This document shows, in pieces, positions 18,776 through 29,777 of a stretch of 64,000 bases of DNA. A program made the position numbers and the translations under genes. The notes beneath the pieces are model-generated. The model did no database searches and was not told the origin of the DNA. It worked only from the letters and a program-made list of their open reading frames with translations. The DNA lies in IMG/VR virus record IMGVR_UViG_3300033498_000048, positions 241,783-305,782 of that record; one strand, 5' to 3'. The stretch's first letter is position 1. Each line of letters opens with the position of its first letter. The DNA comes from a virus (taxonomy: Duplodnaviria; Caudoviricetes).

Positions 18776-19033
18776 TTATCTTCTTGATTTACTCAACCTA
18801 ATCAATCGTTGTTGTAATAATGTTCCGCGTTCAACTGGTTTTTTGGTTAGTAAACATACTGTTCCAACCTCATCAATTTTGTATATGGTATAGTCTGGAG
18901 TAAAATAATGTCTATTGTACCCCTCCTTTGGAATTAAATCACCAACACAAACTGCTTTAAACTCAACGCCTTCACATTGTAAAATTCTCATTAGTGTTTC
19001 CAGTTGTTTTAAGATGTTGGGTATTATAAACAA
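18776..19033 (-). CDS. Hypothetical protein
   Basis: 85-aa ORF. Confidence 0.45.
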   Translation of the reverse strand: MFIIPNILKQLETLMRILQCEGVEFKAVCVGDLIPKEGYNRHYFTPDYTIYKIDEVGTVCLLTKKPVERGTLLQQRLIRLSKSRR

Positions 19034-20280
19034 GTTTGTATAGTGTTGTCAATGGTTAATTCTGATAATAATTTTTCTTTCATAATGTGGAGTGTCAGTC
19101 TACGTCCACCGTCCCTAGTCTCAATGTAAAAACTAATCAGTGGCATATTATCAGAGGCATTTTTAAAAAATATTCTAGGGTTCTTTGACTTGATGTTATC
19201 ATATTCAGCAATAATATTTAATTGATTCAATTTAATAAACAGATTCTTATATAGATATACACCAAAATTATTATCGTTAATGTGTACTTGGATTGTGTTT
19301 TTACAATTTCTAGTAGCAGCATTAATAATACCATTCGCTAATCCATAATGCCGTTCATAAGGGTTTAATGAATTAAATTTTGTCACTATTTCATTAAATA
19401 ATTGAGCATACCATGTAACTGTTTTTTCGTATTCGGTCATAATATCTTCTAAATAGATTCCAAATGAGTTCACTACTTTATGTGCAAAGATTTCGGACGT
19501 TCCAGCTTGTTCTAAGTTTTTGGTATTTCCGCATTTCAAACTAATATATAACTTTCTTGAATTGGACGACAATTCAATATCAGCTTTTATGTTTTTGTTT
19601 CCATTATAACCTATTGTTTTTATTTCAACATTGTTATCGTTATAAAATTGTGATATGTAACTTGTTTGTGCAAATTGGATTATAGCATTATATATTCCAG
19701 TAAGAATTACATGATTACCAATATTCACTAAGTTACATATTGCGATTTTATTCAATTTAACTTCACTAGATAAATGGAACTCGTTATATTGTAGTGTACA
19801 ATCATCAACTTGGTTATATTCCAATATTAATTGTTTTATAGTTTCAATTGTCAAGTTATACTTTAATAACTTAGCTATCATTGCAATTGTTAATAGTCCC
19901 TCGGCAATTTCACCTTTATTATATTGTCTTCCATTAATACTTGGTTTTCTAATACTTGATATTAAAACATATCCAATATCAACATCATAACAAATCGAAA
20001 CATAACATCTCCCATTAATTAATACAACATCACGACATATTATTTTAAATGTGTTTCCTTTTAATACATCTGTAATATGATTACCAAACTCATCAACCAT
20101 TTTAGTGTCACATTCAAACTCAAAAACCGTTTCGTTTATATTGCACAACTCAATGTAATAATCATATATGCTTACATTTGTGTCCCTATACTTTTTTGTG
20201 GCAGATAATCTAGCCATATCAACTCCTTTTATTAATAACTTCACTGGACTTATAGTAGTATCTAATATAGATATTGTCAA
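19024..20280 (-). CDS. Hypothetical protein, possible PD-(D/E)xK nuclease
   Basis: 418 aa; EIAEG helix and KADIELSSNSRKLYISLK resembling restriction-enzyme-like active sites. Confidence 0.45.
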   Translation of the reverse strand: MTISILDTTISPVKLLIKGVDMARLSATKKYRDTNVSIYDYYIELCNINETVFEFECDTKMVDEFGNHITDVLKGNTFKIICRDVVLINGRCYVSICYDVDIGYVLISSIRKPSINGRQYNKGEIAEGLLTIAMIAKLLKYNLTIETIKQLILEYNQVDDCTLQYNEFHLSSEVKLNKIAICNLVNIGNHVILTGIYNAIIQFAQTSYISQFYNDNNVEIKTIGYNGNKNIKADIELSSNSRKLYISLKCGNTKNLEQAGTSEIFAHKVVNSFGIYLEDIMTEYEKTVTWYAQLFNEIVTKFNSLNPYERHYGLANGIINAATRNCKNTIQVHINDNNFGVYLYKNLFIKLNQLNIIAEYDNIKSKNPRIFFKNASDNMPLISFYIETRDGGRRLTLHIMKEKLLSELTIDNTIQTCL

Positions 20281-20323
20281 TTAATAAATAGATATTAGCA
20301 ATTAAATAATAAATTAGGAGATA

Positions 20324-21115
20324 ATGGTGAAACTACCAATAGTAGAACACAGATTACATAGTATAACAGTACCATCATCTAAACAGGAAGTTAAGTTTAG
20401 GGCGTTTAGAGTTAAAGAACATAAGTTGTTACTAGAAGCATTAGAAATGCAAGATGGACAATCATTAATTAATACAATTGGAGTCATTGTAGAATCATGT
20501 ACTGTTCCACAATTAAATGTTAATACATTATCAATGTACGATATGGATTATATCTTTTTACACATTAGAGCTAAAAGTTTAGGTGAGATAGTTCCTGTAG
20601 AATATACTTGCATGGCTCAAACAAAGAAATTAGTGAAACAAGCTCCAGATTATACTGGAGAACCAATACATGAAACTGGAGCTTGCAATTCTAAAGTCAT
20701 TGTAAATTTAGACTTAAATGCTGTTGATGTTTATTATCCAATTGATTATGATAAAAAACGATTGATAATGATTAATGATACTATTGGAATTAAATTGAAA
20801 TGTCCATCATTTTATCAATTTAAAGAATTGGATAAGATTGACAATGTTAAATCATTATTTTCGGTAACTGAACGATTCATTTATGCTTGTGTTGATAGTA
20901 TATTCGATGGAGATAACGTTTCTGTTCCAGATATTGATTTCAATTTCAATGATATGGTTGAGTTTTTAGAAAATCTACCAACCGATATTATAGATGAAAT
21001 CAATTTGTTTTTTGATGAAATGCCATACACTGCATTAAAAATGAATATTGAATGTCCATATTGCAAAAACAAAGGAATGATAGAGGTTAAGGAACTTGAA
21101 GATTTTTTCGTTTAA
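20324..21115 (+). CDS. gp26: Baseplate hub assembly protein gp26
   Basis: KLP...VPSSKQEVKFRAFRVKEHKLLLEA...DMDYIFLHIRAKSLGE...CPYC...ELEDFF. Confidence 0.9.
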   Translation: MVKLPIVEHRLHSITVPSSKQEVKFRAFRVKEHKLLLEALEMQDGQSLINTIGVIVESCTVPQLNVNTLSMYDMDYIFLHIRAKSLGEIVPVEYTCMAQTKKLVKQAPDYTGEPIHETGACNSKVIVNLDLNAVDVYYPIDYDKKRLIMINDTIGIKLKCPSFYQFKELDKIDNVKSLFSVTERFIYACVDSIFDGDNVSVPDIDFNFNDMVEFLENLPTDIIDEINLFFDEMPYTALKMNIECPYCKNKGMIEVKELEDFFV

Positions 21116-21300
21116 TGGTTTCGGATGGTGAATTAATTGATTTATACAAAACAAACTTTCTAATTACAAAAAATCATGGAATTTCATTAACAGAAATTGA
21201 AAATATGATTCCCTACGAAAGAGAGATTTATATTATGATAATTTTAGATTACTTAGAACGCGAAAAACGCGCCCGTCAAAAACACCACATCACTGACTGA
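21115..21300 (+). CDS. gp51: Baseplate hub assembly catalyst gp51
   Basis: LYKTNFLI...HGISLTEIENMIPYEREIY; directly follows gp26. Confidence 0.9.
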   Translation: MVSDGELIDLYKTNFLITKNHGISLTEIENMIPYEREIYIMIILDYLEREKRARQKHHITD

Positions 21301-21310
21301 GTATAAATCA

Positions 21311-24300
21311 ATGTTAAAATCAATAGTAAATGCTGCTAAAAAAAACTTACCTTCAACTTTAGCAGCTACTGAAAAAATACAAAACCTCAATCCGAAACCA
21401 TTACTCAATAAACCCGAATCTAATGTAGAACCAAAAACAACACTATTATCTAAAATAACTGGAGGTCTTAAAGGAGATACCCATAAACGCATAATAGATG
21501 CGTCTAAACCAATTCCACAAACTGAATCCAGTGCTAGTAGTACAATCACACGAGTTCCAAATCCACAAAAAAGTGGTGTTCAGCAACCATTCGTAAAAGA
21601 GCAAGCTAGGGAAATGCTCCAAAATAAACGAAAACAACTTGCAAATGAAGTTAAAGAACGACATGATGCTGCCCATGAAAGGGCAATGAGACGGACAACA
21701 AAATCCGATTCCATATCTGTATCTGCTGAATCAAATTCGATAGGCTACTTGGAAGAAATTGCTAAAAATTTAAGGGACATTAAAAAGTTTTTATTCGATA
21801 AAGAAGATGATAGTTGCTCATGTAAAACAATCGGTGATAATATCATGGACAAATTCAAAAGAAATGAACCAGATAAATTGAGAAAGAAATCTCCATATCA
21901 AAAAACAATTAATAGGGTTAAAGATAAAGTTTTTAGTAAAAAAGACTCGTTTGGAAAAATGGCTAAAAAGTCCAGTTCTAAAATGGGGTCTTTATTTGAA
22001 AATGTCGGGAAAGCAAAAAAACTACCAAGTGCCAATTTAGCTAAAGGCGTAACATCAATTGCCACTAAGAGTCCAGTGTTGGGTACAGCAATGCAATCTG
22101 CAAAGGGGTTATTTTCTAGTGGAGGTGCTATTGCTAGAGCAGCTGGAACGATATTGAGATTATCAAGTCCTGCTATGGCTGTTGCAGCAGCTGGATATGC
22201 TGGATGGGAATTAGGCAAGTATATTAACAAATCAATCGAAGGAACTGATATTGGTAAAAAGAAAGATGATTTATTTGATAGTATTTTTGCTGGAATTGAT
22301 AAAGTCACAGATGGTCTAATTGGAGGTGGCTCTGAAATCGCTAAAGGTATGGAAGTCGTTCCATATAAACCAAAAAACAAACCCAGTGTTGTTCCAATAG
22401 CTAATCCACAACCAGTAGCTAGTACACCACCAATTGAACAAAACGAAGTACCTAACACAACACAAACTGAATCCATTAAAGTAACACCGATTGAGCAAAA
22501 TGGAATACAATCTACTGAACAAAATGAAACTCCAGTAGTAAAATCTACTAAAGAAGTGTATAGCTCGGCTAAAAGTTCTTTAGCAAATGTGATTAAGGGA
22601 GGTGAAAGTGGTAAAGAGGGTTATGATGCTTATAATCGTGGAACATCGGGGAATAAAGTTTTAGGTTCGGTTGGACATAGAGATTTACAAAGTATGTCCA
22701 TTGGTGAAGTTATGGCTGACCAAAAACGGAGCAAAGCTGACACTAAACGATTATTTGCTGTTGGTAAGTACCAATTAATTCCAGAAACATTACAATCTGG
22801 TGTAAAAGCCCTTGGAATGAGTTCCGATACCAAGTTCGATGCTGCAACCCAAGAGAAATTGTTTAGTGATTATTTACTAGACAAAAAAAGACCACAAATA
22901 TCATCATACATTAAAGATAAGGGAGGTTCAGCACAATCAGCACAAATAGCAGCAGCACAAGAATGGGCATCAATAGCTGACCCAAGAACTGGTAAAAGTT
23001 TTTATGATAAATCTGGAGGCAATCATTCATCTATATCGTCCGATAAGATATTAAGCTCAATGAATGCAGCCAAAACTAAGTATAAAGAATTTATAGCTAA
23101 GGGAATGTCAGATAACGAAGCTTATAGTAAAGCTGTTAATAGTACAATGACACAAGATGCTACTGGAGGTGGTACTGTCGCAGGTGGTGGAAACGATGTT
23201 ACAAAAAAGACAAGTCCAGATGTTACCACACTAACGAATAAAAGTAAACAAATAAATTCAGATATAAAAGCTCCAAAGCAAGGTGTAAGTCCAGTAACGA
23301 CTCAACTAACGAATAAAAGCAATAAAATAAAATCAAATAAAGGTGGATTTGATGTTATGTCTGCTGCACTAGGTTATACTGGAAACACATTAACAGGATT
23401 AACTGAAGCTGAAACCAGAGCGTTAGCTGCTGAAACACAAAGAACTGAATCACAGGGAAAAATAAGTGCTGAAAATGCAAATGGTTATATCGGAAAATAC
23501 CAATTTGGTTCTGAGGCATTAGCTGAGTCTGGGTTAGTTGATAAAGAAAAGGCTATCCAAGCAAAGAAAGCAGCTGGAAATAAAAACTGGTACAATCAAG
23601 GTGGACAAAAAGCTTTTTTAGAAAACGATGCTAATTGGACAATAGCTGGTGGGAAAAAAGCTTTTATGAGTAATTCAGACATACAAGATAAAGCATATTC
23701 AGTTTATACAAATAAAAACATAAAAGCTGGAATGAAATCTGGAGCAATATCAACTTCTGATTCTCCTGAAAAAATAGCAGCATACACAAAGGCAGCACAC
23801 TTAAAAGGTGTTGGTGGAGCTAATAAACTATTCAAACAAGGTGTAGATAGTCAAGATGGTAATGGAACAGGTGCGAAAAAATACGCAACCGATGGAACAA
23901 ATGCAATAAAAAACTTAGCTCCACTTGTCCAACAAACGCTTAATACTGGTGGGAAAGTTAGTCCAGTAAAACCTGTAGTATCAGATGGTGCTACACAAAT
24001 GGGAGATGCTACAACCTTTACAAAAAATACTAAGGCTAAAGTAACATCTCCAGATAGTCCTAAAAATGGAGGTACAGGTGCGCAAAATGTTGGTAACGTT
24101 TCAACTGCAAATTCAATGGGTTTACGAGTTAAGGGGCAACAAGCAGTTGATGGCGGAAACACTAAAGCTGGTACATTAGCAATGGCTAAAGTTCTACAAG
24201 ATAATGTTAGTGGAATTAAACAATTCACAGCATTTGATGATGGTTATCATCATAGTGCAAAGTATATGGGTGGTAATCCCAAAAAACATTCAGCTCATCA

Positions 24301-25645
24301 CGATGGACGTGCAATGGACTTTACACTACAAAATCCAACAAATGCTGCATACGCTAAAGCTGCTGGAGAAGTTAGGGGATTATTAGAAAAAAACAACATC
24401 AATGCTAAAGTTATAGATGAGGCAAACCATCCATCATCTAAAGCTACAGGGGCGCACATTCATGTCCAACTTGCTACAGATGAAGATGTTGCTAAGGCAC
24501 ACGCTTTATATTCTGGACAAGACCCTAGCACAGTTGGAAATAAGGGTGATAAGGGAGCAGTGGAAGCAGCGAAAAAAGGGGAGGACGTTGCTGGTGTCGC
24601 TAATAAGGCTATGAACGCTGATGCACTGGTAACAAATGCAAAAACGGTTACAAGTGATGATAAACTAGGTGAAACAAAAACTAAAAAGCCTAGTGGAACA
24701 TTAACTAAGACAAAGAATAAAAAGAGTGTAATTCCAGGAGGTATAACAAAGAACATAGACACCATAAGTCCAATAGGTGATATGTCAAATATGATTCCAG
24801 ACGATTTAGGTGAAATAGACACACAAATGGCAACAGTCGATTCTGAGCCAATTATTAACAATGTTACACAGGAAGGGTCTGTTACCGAAATTGCTGGTTC
24901 TACAAATGTATCAGACTTAATTGGTAATTCGTCAACATTAGGTATAGACCCAACATTAGGAACAATACAACATCCACTATTTGTTAAAACATTAGATGGT
25001 AAATCTGAACCATTAACAGAAAATGCAACATATAATGATTTAACACGGTCATTTAATCCAAGTCAAAATAACAATTCAGTGATTGGTAACATTACTAAAA
25101 TGTTTAGTGGAGATAGTAATTCAGTAATTGGTGATATTACTAAAATGATTGGGGGTATTGGAGATAGTAACACATTAATCAAATCTATTGGAAATGTAAT
25201 AACTGATACATCGAATCCATCATTAAATGGAATAACACGACCATTTTCACCTGAAAACAATAACATCTTTGAGAAGTCCAATTCAACAATAATAAACTCA
25301 GTTAATAAGCCTAGTAATGGATTATTATCTAATATTGTTGATGGAGATAGAATGGGTAGAGCTAATAAAATGGAATCACTATCAATTAATAATAGTTTAG
25401 AAAGAATAGACAAACCTAAAACGAGTGATATTGTTGGAAATGTGACATTTGAATCAGAAATGGAAAAATCTAAATCTGGTAATAACAAACCTATTGTAGT
25501 CCCAATTCCAATACAGCAACAGGTGTCTAGTGGACAACAAAATCCAACCACACAAGGACATTCAAAACCTCCGTTGATAGTTAGAACACAAGATAGTGCA
25601 ATACGAAGGTTGACCGATGGAATTTTAAGTTATGGATTAACCTGA
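21311..25645 (+). CDS. gp29-like hub/tape-measure protein with three peptidoglycan-hydrolase domains
   Basis: Position after gp26-gp51; lysozyme-like (GGESG..GYDAYN...AVGKYQLIPETL...QEKL), second lysozyme/SLT-like (TESQG...GYIGKYQFG), M15-like peptidase (SAHHDGRAMDF...HIHVQ). Confidence 0.8.
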   Translation: MLKSIVNAAKKNLPSTLAATEKIQNLNPKPLLNKPESNVEPKTTLLSKITGGLKGDTHKRIIDASKPIPQTESSASSTITRVPNPQKSGVQQPFVKEQAREMLQNKRKQLANEVKERHDAAHERAMRRTTKSDSISVSAESNSIGYLEEIAKNLRDIKKFLFDKEDDSCSCKTIGDNIMDKFKRNEPDKLRKKSPYQKTINRVKDKVFSKKDSFGKMAKKSSSKMGSLFENVGKAKKLPSANLAKGVTSIATKSPVLGTAMQSAKGLFSSGGAIARAAGTILRLSSPAMAVAAAGYAGWELGKYINKSIEGTDIGKKKDDLFDSIFAGIDKVTDGLIGGGSEIAKGMEVVPYKPKNKPSVVPIANPQPVASTPPIEQNEVPNTTQTESIKVTPIEQNGIQSTEQNETPVVKSTKEVYSSAKSSLANVIKGGESGKEGYDAYNRGTSGNKVLGSVGHRDLQSMSIGEVMADQKRSKADTKRLFAVGKYQLIPETLQSGVKALGMSSDTKFDAATQEKLFSDYLLDKKRPQISSYIKDKGGSAQSAQIAAAQEWASIADPRTGKSFYDKSGGNHSSISSDKILSSMNAAKTKYKEFIAKGMSDNEAYSKAVNSTMTQDATGGGTVAGGGNDVTKKTSPDVTTLTNKSKQINSDIKAPKQGVSPVTTQLTNKSNKIKSNKGGFDVMSAALGYTGNTLTGLTEAETRALAAETQRTESQGKISAENANGYIGKYQFGSEALAESGLVDKEKAIQAKKAAGNKNWYNQGGQKAFLENDANWTIAGGKKAFMSNSDIQDKAYSVYTNKNIKAGMKSGAISTSDSPEKIAAYTKAAHLKGVGGANKLFKQGVDSQDGNGTGAKKYATDGTNAIKNLAPLVQQTLNTGGKVSPVKPVVSDGATQMGDATTFTKNTKAKVTSPDSPKNGGTGAQNVGNVSTANSMGLRVKGQQAVDGGNTKAGTLAMAKVLQDNVSGIKQFTAFDDGYHHSAKYMGGNPKKHSAHHDGRAMDFTLQNPTNAAYAKAAGEVRGLLEKNNINAKVIDEANHPSSKATGAHIHVQLATDEDVAKAHALYSGQDPSTVGNKGDKGAVEAAKKGEDVAGVANKAMNADALVTNAKTVTSDDKLGETKTKKPSGTLTKTKNKKSVIPGGITKNIDTISPIGDMSNMIPDDLGEIDTQMATVDSEPIINNVTQEGSVTEIAGSTNVSDLIGNSSTLGIDPTLGTIQHPLFVKTLDGKSEPLTENATYNDLTRSFNPSQNNNSVIGNITKMFSGDSNSVIGDITKMIGGIGDSNTLIKSIGNVITDTSNPSLNGITRPFSPENNNIFEKSNSTIINSVNKPSNGLLSNIVDGDRMGRANKMESLSINNSLERIDKPKTSDIVGNVTFESEMEKSKSGNNKPIVVPIPIQQQVSSGQQNPTTQGHSKPPLIVRTQDSAIRRLTDGILSYGLT

Positions 25646-26016
25646 TTAACCCAATCAGTATTTCGTATATTGTGAATTGAAGATTGTAGGAGTGAGTATA
25701 ATTCAGTTGAAATATTATCATCTTGGATTTCACACACTCCTATAAAACTTAATATTGTGTACAGTATTCTAAACTCTTCAACGTCCAATAATATATCAAA
25801 CAATTTCAACACAGTATCTAATTCAAAGACATTAATTGAAATTATCACATTATTCAATAATAACCTTTCGTTTATTACATTTTTATCAATATATCTCCTA
25901 ATCATTTTTCGTATTATGAATAAGTGGTATATGTCTCGTTTACACGTTGCTTCAAACACCACACAATTCTTGGACATAATTGCAATCTGAAATAAGTTTT
26001 CCCGTACACTAGACAT
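25630..26016 (-). CDS. Conserved T4-like myovirus hypothetical protein
   Basis: IRKMIRRY...INERLLLNNVIISINVF pattern. Confidence 0.7.
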   Translation of the reverse strand: MSSVRENLFQIAIMSKNCVVFEATCKRDIYHLFIIRKMIRRYIDKNVINERLLLNNVIISINVFELDTVLKLFDILLDVEEFRILYTILSFIGVCEIQDDNISTELYSLLQSSIHNIRNTDWVNQVNP

Positions 26017-26382
26017 TTAATTTTTTGCTTTTGATTTAGGTTTTGTTATTGATTTCACTGCATCTATTGCAATATCTGACGTTGGCATTGTAATAATGTT
26101 ATTGTCTGCTAAAAAGTTCAATTTAGCATCATCATCCTCAACTATAGGTCGTGTTGTTACCTCAATTATTTCAACAGCATTGGACGTTGGTTGTTCATTA
26201 ATCTCAACAGCTTCAACAGTAACAGAATTGGACGTTGTTTGTATTAAATATGGACGATTTGGAACATATCCAACAACAGGGTTTGCAAGCCCCCTAATAC
26301 TAACTAGCAATTCACCAGTTTTTGGCAAAAACCATCCAAACTCACTTGGTAACGCATCTTTATGTGGTTTTCTTTGTAACAT
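26017..26382 (-). CDS. Hypothetical late protein
   Basis: 121 aa downstream of late promoter. Confidence 0.55.
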   Translation of the reverse strand: MLQRKPHKDALPSEFGWFLPKTGELLVSIRGLANPVVGYVPNRPYLIQTTSNSVTVEAVEINEQPTSNAVEIIEVTTRPIVEDDDAKLNFLADNNIITMPTSDIAIDAVKSITKPKSKAKN

Positions 26383-26419
26383 ATTTGTTTCCTATAGTAA
26401 TTGATTCATTATTAATGTA

Positions 26420-26427
26420 TATTTATA
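26420..26427 (-). promoter_or_regulatory. T4 late promoter TATAAATA
   Basis: Exact match on minus strand. Confidence 0.7.
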
Positions 26428-26485
26428 CAGTCACTTAATAGTATAAATTGACAACTCTACTAATAAATAATATAATATTTTATTT

Positions 26486-27562
26486 ATGGTTGGAAATGAT
26501 ATGGACCATGTTGATGTTAAATATGTTTTGCTATTAAGCTCAAGGTTAGATAGATTCAAAGAAAGTGGAAACAATGTTTATAATTTTAGGTGTCCATTTT
26601 GTGGTGATAGTAAAACCAACAAAGTTAAAGCAAGGGGGTACATATATCCCAATAATGGAAACTTGTCATATCGGTGTCACAATTGTGGATATTCAATAAA
26701 ACTACAAACATTCATCAAAGAGTTGGACATTGGATTATATACAGAATACAAACTTGAAAAGTTCGGCAATTTCAAAAGAATTATTACTAAGCCAGAGCCT
26801 ACAAGAATTGAGTTCAAACGTAGTGATAATCAATTAAGGTTGGAACGAAATATGATATTAACCGATTGTGTTGCAATATCAAATATTGGAGATACACATC
26901 CATTAAAACCAATTAAAGATTATGTTATTAACAGAAAAATACCTGAGAAGTATTACAGTCAAATATTCGCAACATCAAGCATTTCAAACATTTCTAAAAA
27001 AATTGAAAAGTATCAAAATATAATGTTCCCAGAATTTCCATCATTGGTTATTCCGTTTTATAGTGAAACTGGAATGATAGACTATATCCAATGTAGGAGG
27101 CTTGATGTTGTTGATGATGGATTAAGATATACTACATTTGAACTAGATAGTATCGCTATGAAAATATGGGGATTGAATAGTGTTAATTGGAACAATAGAA
27201 TTTATTTATTTGAGGGTCCAATTGATGCTATGTGTGTTGATAATGCGTTAGCAATGGCAGGTGTATCACAATCTATCGTATTAAGTTATTTATTATCTAA
27301 ACAACCAAACAAACATAACATTTGCATTTGCTACGATAGTGATTATAAAACAAATTCTGATATATTGCGGGAATTACATCGTAGAATTGACTCTGGATAT
27401 TCAGTAATCATTTATGATAAACAATTTATATGGAAAGATATTAATGCTGCTATTGAAAAGGGCAACTGGACACATAATGAAATCAAAGAATATTTAGAAA
27501 ATAGAACATTTAAAGGTATGAAAGCTAAACTTGAATTATCTAAACAATTAAATAGGAAATAA
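26486..27562 (+). CDS. gp61: DNA primase gp61
   Basis: NFRCPFCGDS...KARGY...CHNCG zinc finger; LVIPFY; YLFEGPIDAM TOPRIM; probable start 26501. Confidence 0.95.
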   Translation: MVGNDMDHVDVKYVLLLSSRLDRFKESGNNVYNFRCPFCGDSKTNKVKARGYIYPNNGNLSYRCHNCGYSIKLQTFIKELDIGLYTEYKLEKFGNFKRIITKPEPTRIEFKRSDNQLRLERNMILTDCVAISNIGDTHPLKPIKDYVINRKIPEKYYSQIFATSSISNISKKIEKYQNIMFPEFPSLVIPFYSETGMIDYIQCRRLDVVDDGLRYTTFELDSIAMKIWGLNSVNWNNRIYLFEGPIDAMCVDNALAMAGVSQSIVLSYLLSKQPNKHNICICYDSDYKTNSDILRELHRRIDSGYSVIIYDKQFIWKDINAAIEKGNWTHNEIKEYLENRTFKGMKAKLELSKQLNRK

Positions 27563-27619
27563 CAAGGGTGTTCACACATCAATAAAAATATTCCAAATGA
27601 TATGTGAACACCAGAATAA

Positions 27620-28648
27620 CTAATTAAATATCCGACTTGGACGATATTTGATACCATCAATACATATTGATATATTGACATTGCGAATCGAATCACAATT
27701 CAAGGTTGGAGTAATTGAAGTTGCCACAAGTATTTTATTACAACCTATTACTTTATAGTGATATTTTGAATTGTTAGTATATCTAATAGACCCATCTTTT
27801 AATTCTTTGTAATAGCCAATAGTATTTTCATCGCCAATTATTGAATATTTTACATCGTGTTTATTTGATGTACAAAATCCAATAATATCATATGTCGATA
27901 CATTACCATAATAACAAATGTCTTTTGCTAAATTAACAAATTTTAGTGGGTCTTTAATATCAGGTACAACAACGTTTGAATCCGTATATTCAATAACATT
28001 CGGCTTTGTGAGTATTAATATATCGCCATTTGATGATGCCTTATGTAGTTTGCCATCTTCAACAATTACAAATATGTAATACTTTTTAGGTGTAATTGTT
28101 AATTCCATAGTACGGTTGTGATAATTATCAGATTTACATTCTTCTCTAATAATATGAAATGCACCAAGATATTGTAATATCTTTTCACTAGAATCTACAT
28201 ATAACTTATTTACTGTTAAAACCGTATTTTTAGATGTGACTGAAATAGTTGTGGATTTAACTGCATTTAAATATGGCTCTGACCCCTCTGGTAACAGCAC
28301 TGGTTTACCTGAATCAAAAGACAATATACACCTACCCTGGATTGTGCCATTCTTGATGGAAGCGTTTTTAATCACTTCCATCATATTACCTGAATATATC
28401 TCAAATTCAAAGCCTCTTGGGTCCAAGACTCTCCAAACAACATTTGATGTTGTCCATCGGGATATATTGTCTCGTATGATATACCCATCTAACAATTCAT
28501 TTAAATAAGTGACACCTTCAGAAATTTCAGCCCAATTTAATCCAGTTGATTTTCGTTTTTGGAAAGCAGAATTATCTTCTTGATATGTCACATAAGCCAA
28601 ACCCGATGTTTCACGCATGGCTACGAATATTTCTTTTGGTATTTTCAT
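27620..28648 (-). CDS. Conserved jumbo-phage hypothetical protein
   Basis: 342 aa; WRVLDPRGFEFEI...I.NG.I.G.CI motif. Confidence 0.6.
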   Translation of the reverse strand: MKIPKEIFVAMRETSGLAYVTYQEDNSAFQKRKSTGLNWAEISEGVTYLNELLDGYIIRDNISRWTTSNVVWRVLDPRGFEFEIYSGNMMEVIKNASIKNGTIQGRCILSFDSGKPVLLPEGSEPYLNAVKSTTISVTSKNTVLTVNKLYVDSSEKILQYLGAFHIIREECKSDNYHNRTMELTITPKKYYIFVIVEDGKLHKASSNGDILILTKPNVIEYTDSNVVVPDIKDPLKFVNLAKDICYYGNVSTYDIIGFCTSNKHDVKYSIIGDENTIGYYKELKDGSIRYTNNSKYHYKVIGCNKILVATSITPTLNCDSIRNVNISICIDGIKYRPSRIFN

Positions 28649-28734
28649 AATATTAAATCCAGGATTGAGTTAAATTCATGCCAACACCAGCAATTTGAGG
28701 TTGGTGTGTCTGCATAATTGCTTTGTTTGATTAA

Positions 28735-29592
28735 TTACCATAAGCTATCTTTTAATATTTTAACTAATTGGTGTTTAACTAAATATTTGTAAGTTTTAGA
28801 CCTATTTGATTGTGTAATTAAATAGGTTTCCAGTATATCGGTTACAATAGCCTCTGGAATCCTTTGTAAGTCAATTAGTGTTTGATTCCGTTGTAACTTT
28901 ACAATTTCATCAATTGAACAACAAAATTCTTCAGGTTTATTTAAACCATACTCACGCCACACCTTAAGTTTTAATGCTGATATTGGTTTACACCTTTTAC
29001 CTTCAACCAAAAATACGTCATCATCAGATAAGAAGTTTGGTATTCCATCACTCGCATCGCCTTTTACAATATGCTCAAATAAATCATATTTACTATCCAC
29101 AACGTTAATAAAATCTTTTCGTTTTAATGAAAATTGTTTGATATTTGGATTGATGTTTTGTAATTGTAAGAAGTCGTTGTCCGATGATATGATTACAATA
29201 TCTTTAGTATTACCGTAAGCAATAGATAAGGTGGCAATTATATCGTCAGCCTCAGCTTTATTTATTTCAATTACTTTAAATGGAGACGACTCTTTAAATT
29301 CTTCTTTTAATTGGTTAAAATGTATAAAAAATGAATCCCAATCAAATGATGATTCTTGCCTAGCCTGTTTTCGATTTCGCTTATAATTTGGAAACACATT
29401 ATGTCGCCAGTATGAACGACTGTCCAAGCACAGTACAATTTCATCTGCTTGTTTTGATAATTTAGATTTCACACTAAGGATATAACTTAAGACTATGTGC
29501 CTTAATAAGTTCATATCAATTTCTTGTTTTGTTTTTGTCGAATAATCAATTGCAGAACTCATTGCAATTTGACTAAAATCAAATAATAGCAT
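28735..29592 (-). CDS. rnh: T4 RNase H (5'-3' exo/flap nuclease)
   Basis: LLFDFSQI, YWRHNVFPNYKRNR, EADDII, ISSDNDFLQL, KGDASDGIPN. Confidence 0.95.
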   Translation of the reverse strand: MLLFDFSQIAMSSAIDYSTKTKQEIDMNLLRHIVLSYILSVKSKLSKQADEIVLCLDSRSYWRHNVFPNYKRNRKQARQESSFDWDSFFIHFNQLKEEFKESSPFKVIEINKAEADDIIATLSIAYGNTKDIVIISSDNDFLQLQNINPNIKQFSLKRKDFINVVDSKYDLFEHIVKGDASDGIPNFLSDDDVFLVEGKRCKPISALKLKVWREYGLNKPEEFCCSIDEIVKLQRNQTLIDLQRIPEAIVTDILETYLITQSNRSKTYKYLVKHQLVKILKDSLW

Positions 29593-29777
29593 TTGTAAAT
29601 AACCTTATAATAGTTTATGTTGTATGTTCCATTGTAACAGCTACATTGTGTTTAGTCAAAATGATATTCTTAGCTTTAAACCAATAGAACTCTGGAACTT
29701 CTTTAAATCCATCACTTTTAGCTAAATTATATGCTGTTAATTTAATTTGCTCAACAAATGAGATTAATCCACATCGT

